Sequence record: NC_048046.1 | Reading direction: 5' to 3' (one strand) | Length of the DNA stretch: 64,000 bases | Shown here: positions 18,036 to 25,744 of the stretch, piece after piece | How positions within the stretch are numbered: position 1 is the first letter of the stretch | Layout of the letters: the number at the start of each line of letters is the position of its first letter | Translations under genes and position numbers: made by a program | The notes under the pieces: model-generated | The model's input: the letters and a program-made list of their open reading frames with translations, nothing else | What the model was told of the DNA's origin: nothing | Database searches by the model: none

Positions 18036-18248
18036 ATGTTCCCCCGTAACGTCGCCATCGCCGAAGCTGCTCAGTTCTCGCAAGTGTCCATGGCGGACTA
18101 TCGCGAGCATGTCGCCGAAGAGCGTCACGCCATGCGCGCGAAGCTGGCGAAGCGAGCCAAGCTCAAGGCGGACATCAAGGCGGGCGCGTTCGCCTTCGCC
18201 CTGGCCTTCGTGGCTGCTGGCGTGGTTCTCGCTCTGGGCGTGTTCTAG
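18036..18248 (+). CDS. Small protein with C-terminal transmembrane helix (70 aa)
   Basis: Box at 17953, hairpin and GGAG RBS. Confidence 0.75.
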   Translation: MFPRNVAIAEAAQFSQVSMADYREHVAEERHAMRAKLAKRAKLKADIKAGAFAFALAFVAAGVVLALGVF

Positions 18249-18568
18249 GGGGAGGGGTCGCCCTCGGCGCGAGTCGAGGGTACCTAAAAGAATCCATCTC
18301 GACCCCTTGACAAAATCGACGGGCCGGGGGAGGGTCTTGTTTCAAAATGGGACGGCCAGGGACCCAAGGCCACCCTCCCTCGTTAACCATTTTTCCGGGG
18401 CGCCTAGTGTAGTGACCGCGTTTTGATGTCGGGGTCAATGGCGTCAGAGATTTCGAAAAATTTATCAGAGGGATAGGGGACCCAGGCCAGCGGCTTTTGG
18501 ATTCGAAAACACGAATCTGGCTGACCGAAATTTTATTTCTGTAAAATAGGGGTCAATAAGCTCAAACG

Positions 18569-18604
18569 AAAAAGCCCGGCGGTGATCGGCACCGCCGGGC
18601 TTTC
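18569..18604 (-). terminator. Rho-independent terminator (possibly bidirectional)
   Basis: AAAAGCCCGGCGGTG-atcgg-CACCGCCGGGCTTT. Confidence 0.75.
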
Positions 18605-18668
18605 GTGAACGGGAGTTAGAGTTCCGCTCAGCCTAAACAAGACCATCAACCACAGACGGGGTCCGGCG

Positions 18669-19310
18669 TCAAGGTCCGCGATAGATCGCGGTCTTTTCGG
18701 GATCAACGCGATAACCCGGCATCGGGCCGATCTTGCGCTTCCCATCCATGCGGATACCGCCAAAACGGTCACCTCGCGTGCTGTCGTACGGCGCCGGCGT
18801 CTCCGCCGCACCCACACCCACCTCGTACCAGCCCTGATCGGCCGTCTCGACCAGCAGGGTTGCGTGGGCCAGCCCGATACCGGGGCTCCACATCATCAGG
18901 ATCATGCGATCGCCACCCTGCCCGGCCTTGTGGAGCCGCTCGGCCAGGGTGAGCGCGTAATCCTCGCAATCGCCGCACAGGGTGTCGTTGTCCCAGAAGT
19001 CCGCGTTGCCGGTGCGCAGCTTGTCATCGCGATACTCGAACTGCTTGCGCATCTCCAGGTCGATCGAGATCACATCGGCCGATGCGAGCGCCTTGCCCGG
19101 CCCGCCTGCACAGATCAACGCCTTCGGCGCGCGTCGACAGAAGAACGCCAACTCGTAAACGTTGATCGCTGCAACCCGAGAGGGCGAAATGGTCGAATTG
19201 ACCGCGCCGCCGCGTACCGCGCCGATTAAAGGGATTTCCGGGCACTGCGACGCAGCGGGCGAGCAGGACAGCAGAGCGAGGCAGGCGAGGAGCCCGGCGA
19301 GAATACGCAT
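18669..19310 (-). CDS. Exported transglutaminase-like cysteine proteinase (BTLCP/LapG family), probable lipoprotein
   Basis: Lipobox-like LLSC signal; GDCEDYA catalytic Cys motif; downstream HATLLV His motif. Confidence 0.75.
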   Translation of the reverse strand: MRILAGLLACLALLSCSPAASQCPEIPLIGAVRGGAVNSTISPSRVAAINVYELAFFCRRAPKALICAGGPGKALASADVISIDLEMRKQFEYRDDKLRTGNADFWDNDTLCGDCEDYALTLAERLHKAGQGGDRMILMMWSPGIGLAHATLLVETADQGWYEVGVGAAETPAPYDSTRGDRFGGIRMDGKRKIGPMPGYRVDPEKTAIYRGP

Positions 19311-19624
19311 GACAGGAAATCCGGCAGGAGAATGCCAGGAATCCTGTCACCATCAAACGTGACTCGCAAGTAATGAAAAACCCCGCCGAGACGCGGACGC
19401 CATCCCAGCGGGGTTCCTCGACGACCGTGCTCGGAAAGAGGCACGATCAGTATCTTCCTAGACAGCGTCCGGCGAAACGTCAAGCGGGATAAGGAAAAGC
19501 CCGCCAGCGCGGCTTGGGGGGAGCGCTGACGGGCTAGGCGGTCCAGCATGGTGGGGCCGATGCCGGAGACCTCTATAGAGCAGGCACGGAATGGGGTGTC
19601 AACCTGCGACATGACGCCGCGCAT

Positions 19625-19797
19625 AGAAAAAGCCCGGCGCTCTGGGTTTGCGCGCCGGGCTTCAACACTTGCTGCACAGGGAAGGCCCCTAGGTCTTAGG
19701 CCACCCTGAAGTCCTCTGGTGAAATCAAGAGCTAAGCGCGCATGACAGCCTCCTGTGAACGAGTATCTGGGAAATCCCTCAGGCTTCCTGTGTGAAG
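19625..19797 (-). ncRNA. Candidate ~170-nt small RNA
   Basis: Minus-strand TTGACA at 19826-19831, a 5'/3' closing stem, and an intrinsic terminator at about 19625-19662. No sizeable ORF. Confidence 0.4.
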
Positions 19798-19849
19798 TCT
19801 TCACGCTAGAGATGCTGTTTCAGAGTGTCAAGCAGGAAAGCACACATGG

Positions 19850-19890
19850 GTCAAAAATCTTGACATTTTTCAACCTCAGCGGCACTATAC
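19850..19890 (+). promoter_or_regulatory. Sigma70/73-type promoter (TTGACA ... ACTATAC)
   Basis: TTGACA at 19860-19865 and a -10-like motif at 19884-19890, upstream of the 19951 operon. Confidence 0.6.
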
Positions 19891-19950
19891 GCGCCACAAA
19901 TCGGCAAGCTGCGGGGCCGAGATCACTCAATAAGCTGGGGAACTAAAACA

Positions 19951-20235
19951 GTGATTTCGCTGGGAAATTTCGGCAACACGTCCAAGCTGGCCGTCACCTC
20001 TGACGCTGCAACCTTCGAGGGTGTACAACCCTGGTCTTTTTTCGTCGTTCACTCTAATCGCGCCGTTCACCTGAAGCGCGTTGACGTCGAGACGGGCGAC
20101 GACGCTGACACGACCGACTTCCATTTGATGGCGGACGAATATGCCCGCGTCGAAATCCCGCCGGGCGGCTTCCTCTCCTTCGTGCTCGCGACGGCCGAGA
20201 CCGACGGTGACATCTACATCACGCCGGCGACCTAA
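19951..20235 (+). CDS. Hypothetical virion-associated protein (94 aa)
   Basis: First gene after the promoter; beta-rich, acidic sequence. Confidence 0.7.
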   Translation: MISLGNFGNTSKLAVTSDAATFEGVQPWSFFVVHSNRAVHLKRVDVETGDDADTTDFHLMADEYARVEIPPGGFLSFVLATAETDGDIYITPAT

Positions 20236-20237
20236 TC

Positions 20238-20633
20238 ATGCCGACGCTCTCCTATTTCACCCACCGCATGGTGGTGCAGTGGCTGCGCGGCATTCCGACC
20301 ACGCCGCCCACGGGCCTTTTCGTTGGCGCGCTCACCCAGGCTCCTAACGCGGACGGGTCCGGCGTCATTGAGCCTTCGGGTAACGGCTACGCCCGTCGCC
20401 CAATCACGCTGACCGAGGCAGTCGTATCGGCCGGCGTCACCACGACGCAGAACGTCGCCGACACCATCTTCCCGACGGCCCAAGGTAATGCGTGGCCTCA
20501 AGTCACGTACCTGGGCGTCTTTAACCAAACTGGCGACTTGCTCGCTTACGGTCCGCTGGCGGCGCCTCGCGCTGTAGGTGTGGGCGACTCTCTCGCATTC
20601 GGGGCAGGCACGATTCAACTTCGCCTGAAGTAG
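20238..20633 (+). CDS. Small fibre-associated structural protein (131 aa), paralogue of 48575-48973
   Basis: Shared NADGSGVIEPS.GYAR...FP.A...W..V..(L/F)GVF pattern. Confidence 0.75.
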   Translation: MPTLSYFTHRMVVQWLRGIPTTPPTGLFVGALTQAPNADGSGVIEPSGNGYARRPITLTEAVVSAGVTTTQNVADTIFPTAQGNAWPQVTYLGVFNQTGDLLAYGPLAAPRAVGVGDSLAFGAGTIQLRLK

Positions 20634-20637
20634 CGTC

Positions 20638-21063
20638 ATGCCGGAACTCATCCAGGCACGCTGCGGGATGATCGCGCACACGTCGGTGGTGAATACCGCC
20701 GCGTCACTGCTCTGGTCGGCCTCTGCCACTCTCACTGTCGAAAACGACGCAGACACTACGACCCGCAGCCGGTACGCCAAGCCGGCTGCGGCTGTTTTGC
20801 AATCCGAACCCTATCCTGGCTACCTGGGGTTTCCACGAGAGTCGGCCCAACCCGTTCTCCTGGGCGGAGCGCTCACCGACCCCTCGGAGCCGTTGGTCTG
20901 GAATTTGGCCTCCGCTCCAGAAGAGGGCTGCTGCGATCTTATCCCCGGCATCCAAAGCGATATCCTGTCGCTCCAGGAAGCGGTCGCAAATCTACAGGAC
21001 CCCGACGTGTCCTACCTCGCTGATCCCGGCAATTTCGTGCCGGCCTTCATGAACAATCTCTAG
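20638..21063 (+). CDS. Hypothetical protein (141 aa)
   Basis: Operonic. Confidence 0.7.
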   Translation: MPELIQARCGMIAHTSVVNTAASLLWSASATLTVENDADTTTRSRYAKPAAAVLQSEPYPGYLGFPRESAQPVLLGGALTDPSEPLVWNLASAPEEGCCDLIPGIQSDILSLQEAVANLQDPDVSYLADPGNFVPAFMNNL

Positions 21064-21075
21064 GGGATCGCCCAG

Positions 21076-21603
21076 ATGGCTACTCTCGCTTCTCGTATTA
21101 CCGATCTGGCTCAGGCGATCGCCGCCCAGGTCAAGGCTCAAAAGCTCCTGATCAACAACAACGCGGCCGACCTGTCCGCGCTGACCACCACCGCCAAGGG
21201 CAACCTTGTCGCGGCCCTGAATGAACTGCGCACGCTGGTGCTGTCGGTTCAGACGACCGCCAACAACGCGGCCGTCATTAATGACGCCGGCACGACCAAC
21301 CACGATGCGTGGTCGGCGCAGAAGATCGCGCTGGAAATTCAGGCCGCCAAGGACTCGCTGGTCAACGGCGCGGCGACCGCGCTGGACACCCTGGCCGAAC
21401 TGGCTGCGGCGATCGGCAATGACGCCAACTTCGCCGCGACCGTGACGACCGCGCTGGGCAACCGGGTCCGCTACGACGCCGCCCAGACTCTGACGGCACC
21501 GCAGAAGGCGCAGGCCAAGGCGAACATCGACGCCTACGGAAACCTGGAAATTGGGAACCCCGATACGGACTTCGTCACGGTCTTCACGACCGGGCTGACC
21601 TAA
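21076..21603 (+). CDS. Fibre-like coiled-coil structural protein (175 aa)
   Basis: LDTLAELAAAIGNDANFA motif typical of phage fibre proteins; N-terminus similar to 43525-43962. Confidence 0.8.
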   Translation: MATLASRITDLAQAIAAQVKAQKLLINNNAADLSALTTTAKGNLVAALNELRTLVLSVQTTANNAAVINDAGTTNHDAWSAQKIALEIQAAKDSLVNGAATALDTLAELAAAIGNDANFAATVTTALGNRVRYDAAQTLTAPQKAQAKANIDAYGNLEIGNPDTDFVTVFTTGLT

Positions 21604-21790
21604 AGGGGAGGCGGGAGGGTGTATCGCCAAACAAGCACACCCTCCGAGGCTTGTAGATAAACCGCGATTTCTCGCAGCCCTGGCTACGCAACGCCCGTCG
21701 GCGTCCCGTACGCAATACCTACGGCGGAAAATCCTCCCGGTCAACCACTTTTTAGCTTGACAGCGTGACTGGCACGTCCCGGACCAACGT

Positions 21791-21821
21791 GCCAGTTTTC
21801 TTGACACGCCCTGTTAACCAT
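21791..21821 (+). promoter_or_regulatory. GCCAG-N5-TTGACA promoter with overlapping TTAACCAT CtrA half-site (portal operon)
   Basis: TTGACA at 21801-21806; TTAACCAT at 21814-21821. Confidence 0.65.
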
Positions 21822-21932
21822 GTCATCCGTGGCGTCGATCAGGGCCGCGTGCCCTGGTTCCCTCCTTCGTCATAAGCCTTGGGCGGGGTCCGCGAGTAGA
21901 GTTTTGGACCCCGCCCACTTTTTCAAAAGAAC

Positions 21933-23927
21933 ATGGCTGGTCTTTCACCCAACTCCGCGAACATTCGACGCACGAAGCGTGGCGCTCAACAGTTCACGCA
22001 TCTCGTGGTCCATCCGGAGTACGAGTATTATCGTCCGGATTGGGCGAAGATTCGCGACGCCATTGCCGGCGAACGCGAGATCAAGGCTCAGGGCGTCAAG
22101 TACCTGAAGGCCCCGAAGGGCTTCGACGACGAGGACTACGCGAACTACCTCGATCGCGCCGCCTTCTACAACATGACGTCGCAGACGCAGGCCGGCATGG
22201 TCGGTCAGATTTTCCGTCGTCCGCCCGTCATCCGTAATCTCCCCAACACCGGTGCGATCACTGGCCGCGATGCCGAAGGTGGCGTCCAGGTCGTGGCGCC
22301 GGCCTCGATCGGCAAGCTGCTTACCCAGCTTCAACGTTTCGCCAAGGACGGCACGTCCCACCAAGGCTTCGCCAAGACGGTCGCGCTGGAGCAAGTGGCG
22401 ATGGGCCGCTTCGGCGCCCTGGTCGATGTGGCCCCGAGCAGTGACCCCACCGCGCCGGCGAAGTCGTACACGGTCGGTTACGCCGCCGAGAATATCGTCG
22501 ACTGGACCGTCGAAGACGTCGACGGCTTCTACGTCCCTACCCGCATCTTGCTGCGCGAATTCGAGCGCGTTGATGAGCACGCCACGCCGTCGCAGCAAAA
22601 TCCCTGGATCGGCCGTGAAGGCAGTGAGACTGCCCAGCGCACGAGCGGCGGACGCCGCGCCGGCCTAGCTGATCGTCAGGGCACGGCTCGTGCCGATGCA
22701 CTGGCCCGCCCGTCGCGCTTCACCAGCAGCTACACCTTCCGCACCATCTATCGCGAACTGATCCTGGAACTCCAGAAGGACGGTAGCCGGGTCTACAAGC
22801 AGTTCGTCTACGTCGAGGACCCGCTGGGCCAAGCCCGCGACGTCTTCACGCCCATGGTGCGCGGGCGCACCCTGCCCTTCATTCCCTTCGTGTTCTTCGG
22901 CTCTATGTCGAACGCGGCCGACTGCGAAAAGCCGCCGCTGCTCGACATCGTCGAACTGAACCTGAAGCACTATCGCACCTACGCCGAACTGGAGCACGGT
23001 CGCTTCTTCACGGCACTCCCCACCTACTACGCCCCTGAACTCGACGACTCCGACGCCTCGGACTACCACATCGGTCCGGGTCGGGTCTGGGTCGTCGACA
23101 AGGAAAGCGGCATCCCCGGCATCATCGAGTTCAAGGGCGAGGGTCTGAAGACCCTGGAACGCGCCCTGAACGAGAAGGAACAGCAGATCGCCGCGATCGG
23201 CGGGCGCCTGATGCCCGGCATGTCCAAGTCGGTCTCCGAATCGGACAACCAGTCGGCGCTGCGCGAAGCCAACGAGCAGTCGCTGCTCCTGAACGTCATC
23301 ATGGCGCTCGAAGACGGCATGACCTCGGTCGTCCGCTACTGGCTGATGTTCCGCGACATCCCGCTGACCGACACCGCGACGCTGCGCTACGAGATCGACG
23401 CGACCTTCCTGACGACGGCCCTGGACGCCCGCGCTCTGCGCGCGATTCAGCAACTCTACGAAGGCGGCCTGCTGCCGGTCGACGCCCTGTACGAGAACTT
23501 CGTCAAGAACGGCATCATCCCGTCGACCCAGACGCTGGAAGAATTCACGATCAAGATGAACGACCCGAAGTCGTTCGTTGGTCAGCCGGACGCGATCGCG
23601 ATGCGCCGTGGCTACGTCAGCCGCCAGCAGGAACTGGATCAGCAACGCGCGGCCCGCGACGCCGACTTCCAGCAGCAGGAATTGGAGCAGGCCGAGCGCC
23701 ACCTGGAGATCGACGAGGAGAAGCTGCGCATCTCCGCCAAGGTCGGTTCGACCAGCGTCGCCGCCAGCCGCAAGCTGGGCGATCCCGAGCAAGCCAAGCC
23801 GTCCAAGGCCGAGCAGGCTCAGATCAGCGCCCAGCAGAAGCAGGCCGCCGCTGCTGCCGCAAAGCCCGTCACGCCCACCCCCGGCACCGTCCAACGCGGC
23901 CGTCCGCCGCAAAACGGGAGCGGCTAA
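21933..23927 (+). CDS. Portal protein (DUF4055/SPP1-like), 664 aa
   Basis: HPEY...W..IRD...GE..IK...YL, Y..RA.FYN.T and PPLLDIVELNLKHYR..A motifs typical of this portal family. Confidence 0.85.
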   Translation: MAGLSPNSANIRRTKRGAQQFTHLVVHPEYEYYRPDWAKIRDAIAGEREIKAQGVKYLKAPKGFDDEDYANYLDRAAFYNMTSQTQAGMVGQIFRRPPVIRNLPNTGAITGRDAEGGVQVVAPASIGKLLTQLQRFAKDGTSHQGFAKTVALEQVAMGRFGALVDVAPSSDPTAPAKSYTVGYAAENIVDWTVEDVDGFYVPTRILLREFERVDEHATPSQQNPWIGREGSETAQRTSGGRRAGLADRQGTARADALARPSRFTSSYTFRTIYRELILELQKDGSRVYKQFVYVEDPLGQARDVFTPMVRGRTLPFIPFVFFGSMSNAADCEKPPLLDIVELNLKHYRTYAELEHGRFFTALPTYYAPELDDSDASDYHIGPGRVWVVDKESGIPGIIEFKGEGLKTLERALNEKEQQIAAIGGRLMPGMSKSVSESDNQSALREANEQSLLLNVIMALEDGMTSVVRYWLMFRDIPLTDTATLRYEIDATFLTTALDARALRAIQQLYEGGLLPVDALYENFVKNGIIPSTQTLEEFTIKMNDPKSFVGQPDAIAMRRGYVSRQQELDQQRAARDADFQQQELEQAERHLEIDEEKLRISAKVGSTSVAASRKLGDPEQAKPSKAEQAQISAQQKQAAAAAAKPVTPTPGTVQRGRPPQNGSG

Positions 23928-24052
23928 TGGCCCTCACCCTCAACGACGCAGCGTCCATGTCGCCCGGCGGTAAGCCGGGCAGCAAGACCTGCAAGCCCAT
24001 GCCCGGCGGCAAGCCGCCGACGAAGCGCTCCAAGCCTGGAAAGAAGAAGTGA
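23927..24052 (+). CDS. Small basic Lys/Pro/Gly-rich peptide (41 aa)
   Basis: TAATG coupling to the portal gene; read manually. Confidence 0.55.
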   Translation: MALTLNDAASMSPGGKPGSKTCKPMPGGKPPTKRSKPGKKK

Positions 24053-24345
24053 CCAACAAGACCGAAACCGCCGAGACGACTGAAGTCGTCCTCACGCCGC
24101 CCGAACTGCTCGCCCTGGAGTGGCTGAAGACGTTCCACAAGGATACCGGCGCCGAATGGTCGACCGAGGCGCAATGGCGCGCCTACGCCGATCGCCCGAC
24201 CATCACGCCGGACGCCAACCGCGCGCGCGGCTTCCGCATCCCGCCGATGCTGGCGAAGGGCGTCATCGAGATGACCACCGCCAACATCCACATCGCCCGC
24301 TACGGCGTGCAGCCCGACCCGGTCGCGCTGTACCGTCCGGTCTAA
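24049..24345 (+). CDS. Hypothetical protein (98 aa)
   Basis: GTGA overlap. Confidence 0.75.
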   Translation: MTNKTETAETTEVVLTPPELLALEWLKTFHKDTGAEWSTEAQWRAYADRPTITPDANRARGFRIPPMLAKGVIEMTTANIHIARYGVQPDPVALYRPV

Positions 24346-24368
24346 GCTCCAGTACCCAGCGTATCGCC

Positions 24369-24569
24369 ATGTCACGTCGTTACTCCGATCTCGATGACCT
24401 GATCCAAGACCTGGATTCGAACGGGTCACTATCCGACGACCCGTTCGGCATCGCCGGCTTTGACGACGATGATCTCGCCCTGCTCGGCCACACGTCTCCC
24501 GACGAACCGCGCCGTGCTCCCGCCAAGAAGCCCGCTGCTCCCAAGCGCGGGCGCCCGAAGAAGGCCTGA
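24369..24569 (+). CDS. Small protein with acidic N-terminus and AT-hook-like KRGRPKK (66 aa)
   Basis: ATG at 24369. Confidence 0.65.
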   Translation: MSRRYSDLDDLIQDLDSNGSLSDDPFGIAGFDDDDLALLGHTSPDEPRRAPAKKPAAPKRGRPKKA

Positions 24570-24574
24570 CCCCG

Positions 24575-24895
24575 ATGTCCTTCAGTACCGAAGAGAACGA
24601 CCGAGCTTTTGTCCGAGGCGGCGCCGGAGGTGTCGCGTACTCGGGCGGCGGTTCCGCTTACGCCCAAGGCGGAGCCGGGGGCACTGCCTATGTGGGTGGT
24701 GGCCCGTCGATCGACGCCCAACTCGCTCAGCAACGCATCGACAATCTGCGCGCCATCGCGCTGCGTCAGGCCGTCGACGCCCAGGCCAGTAAGTTCGAGC
24801 GCGATGGCGAATCGCTCGATGCCGACCTCATCATCCGATCCGCCCGACAGTTCTACGCCTTCCTGTCCGGCGATACCCCGACCTCTGAAGGCTAA
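24575..24895 (+). CDS. Hypothetical protein with Gly-rich segment (106 aa)
   Basis: Operonic. Confidence 0.7.
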   Translation: MSFSTEENDRAFVRGGAGGVAYSGGGSAYAQGGAGGTAYVGGGPSIDAQLAQQRIDNLRAIALRQAVDAQASKFERDGESLDADLIIRSARQFYAFLSGDTPTSEG

Positions 24896-24906
24896 AGGAG
24901 CTTCCC

Positions 24907-25023
24907 GTGGAAGAGTTCTTCAATAACGCTGTGACCCAGGTCAAGACCGTCGTCAACCAGACCAAGACGGCCGCGATCATCATCTTCGTCGCCGGCCTGC
25001 TGACCGGCTGCGTCTTCGGCTAA
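24907..25023 (+). CDS. Small membrane peptide (38 aa)
   Basis: AAGGAG RBS; GTG start; hydrophobic C-terminus; read manually. Confidence 0.6.
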   Translation: MEEFFNNAVTQVKTVVNQTKTAAIIIFVAGLLTGCVFG

Positions 25024-25027
25024 GCCC

Positions 25028-25198
25028 ATGACGCGTTTTCATGCCGCTCTGGCTAGCTTCCTGTTGACTGTCTCCGCCGGCGCTCTGTTCGCGACGGCGT
25101 GGGCCACGAAGCAGGAAGTGTATGCCGTCGCCGGCGGCGTCGCGCTGACGGTGTCGATGGGGCTCGACCTCATCTTCCTGCGGCCGAAGAAGGCCTAA
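25028..25198 (+). CDS. Small two-helix membrane protein (56 aa)
   Basis: Read manually; two hydrophobic stretches. Confidence 0.6.
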   Translation: MTRFHAALASFLLTVSAGALFATAWATKQEVYAVAGGVALTVSMGLDLIFLRPKKA

Positions 25199-25200
25199 GC

Positions 25201-25317
25201 ATGAATCGCACCGACCAGCGCCGTCGAGATTTCGGAGCCGGGGCCATCTTCATGGCCGCGATCGAGTTCATCTGCGACGTGGTCGGTGCGATTTTCGAAT
25301 CCTGCTGGGGAGACTGA
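25201..25317 (+). CDS. Small hypothetical protein (38 aa)
   Basis: Operonic. Confidence 0.5.
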   Translation: MNRTDQRRRDFGAGAIFMAAIEFICDVVGAIFESCWGD

Positions 25318-25463
25318 TGGACCTTGAGTACCGGGGCCGCCGGCCCGAAGACGCGTTCATGTCGTGGGTCTGGCATCATCCTCGTGTGGCGTTGGCTGTG
25401 GCCTTCGGCATCATGAGCGGTATCCCGGCGCTCGTTGGGCTCCTGATTGGGCTCACGCTATGA
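25317..25463 (+). CDS. Small membrane protein (48 aa)
   Basis: TGATG coupling; GGAG RBS; read manually. Confidence 0.55.
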   Translation: MDLEYRGRRPEDAFMSWVWHHPRVALAVAFGIMSGIPALVGLLIGLTL

Positions 25464-25741
25464 CCGGCTTTCCCTTTCCCCTGCCAACCCTCCTCGTGAG
25501 GGTCAACATGTATGAGACCGACTTCGCCGAAGTGCTGGAGGGCACCCTGGTCGAGACGGTCGAAGCGTTCGACACGGAAGCACTCCGCGAGTCTTACGAG
25601 GCGGTGATGATCGCCTGGACCCATTACGCCGCGCACGACGACAGCGTGATGAAGGAGGACACCCGGCGCCGCCTTGTCGACTGGATCAACCTGACTGTCT
25701 GTCCGCGCATCAAGCGGGGGCGACTGCCCATTTGGCTGTGA
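25460..25741 (+). CDS. Hypothetical protein (93 aa)
   Basis: ATGA overlap. Confidence 0.65.
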   Translation: MTGFPFPLPTLLVRVNMYETDFAEVLEGTLVETVEAFDTEALRESYEAVMIAWTHYAAHDDSVMKEDTRRRLVDWINLTVCPRIKRGRLPIWL

Positions 25742-25744
25742 CGA

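Noticed and set aside
19716-19743. Amber read-through/recoding of the ATG-CGC-GCT-TAG mini-ORF
   Set aside because: Read-through gives only about 15 aa, and other genes use TAG as a normal stop.
22665-23912. Long antisense ORFs (also 26490-27575, 32504-33592, 36173-37198, 43801-45408, 51055-53388, 60341-62701)
   Set aside because: Shadow frames of GC3-biased plus-strand genes, with Arg/Gly/Val-rich composition and no RBS.
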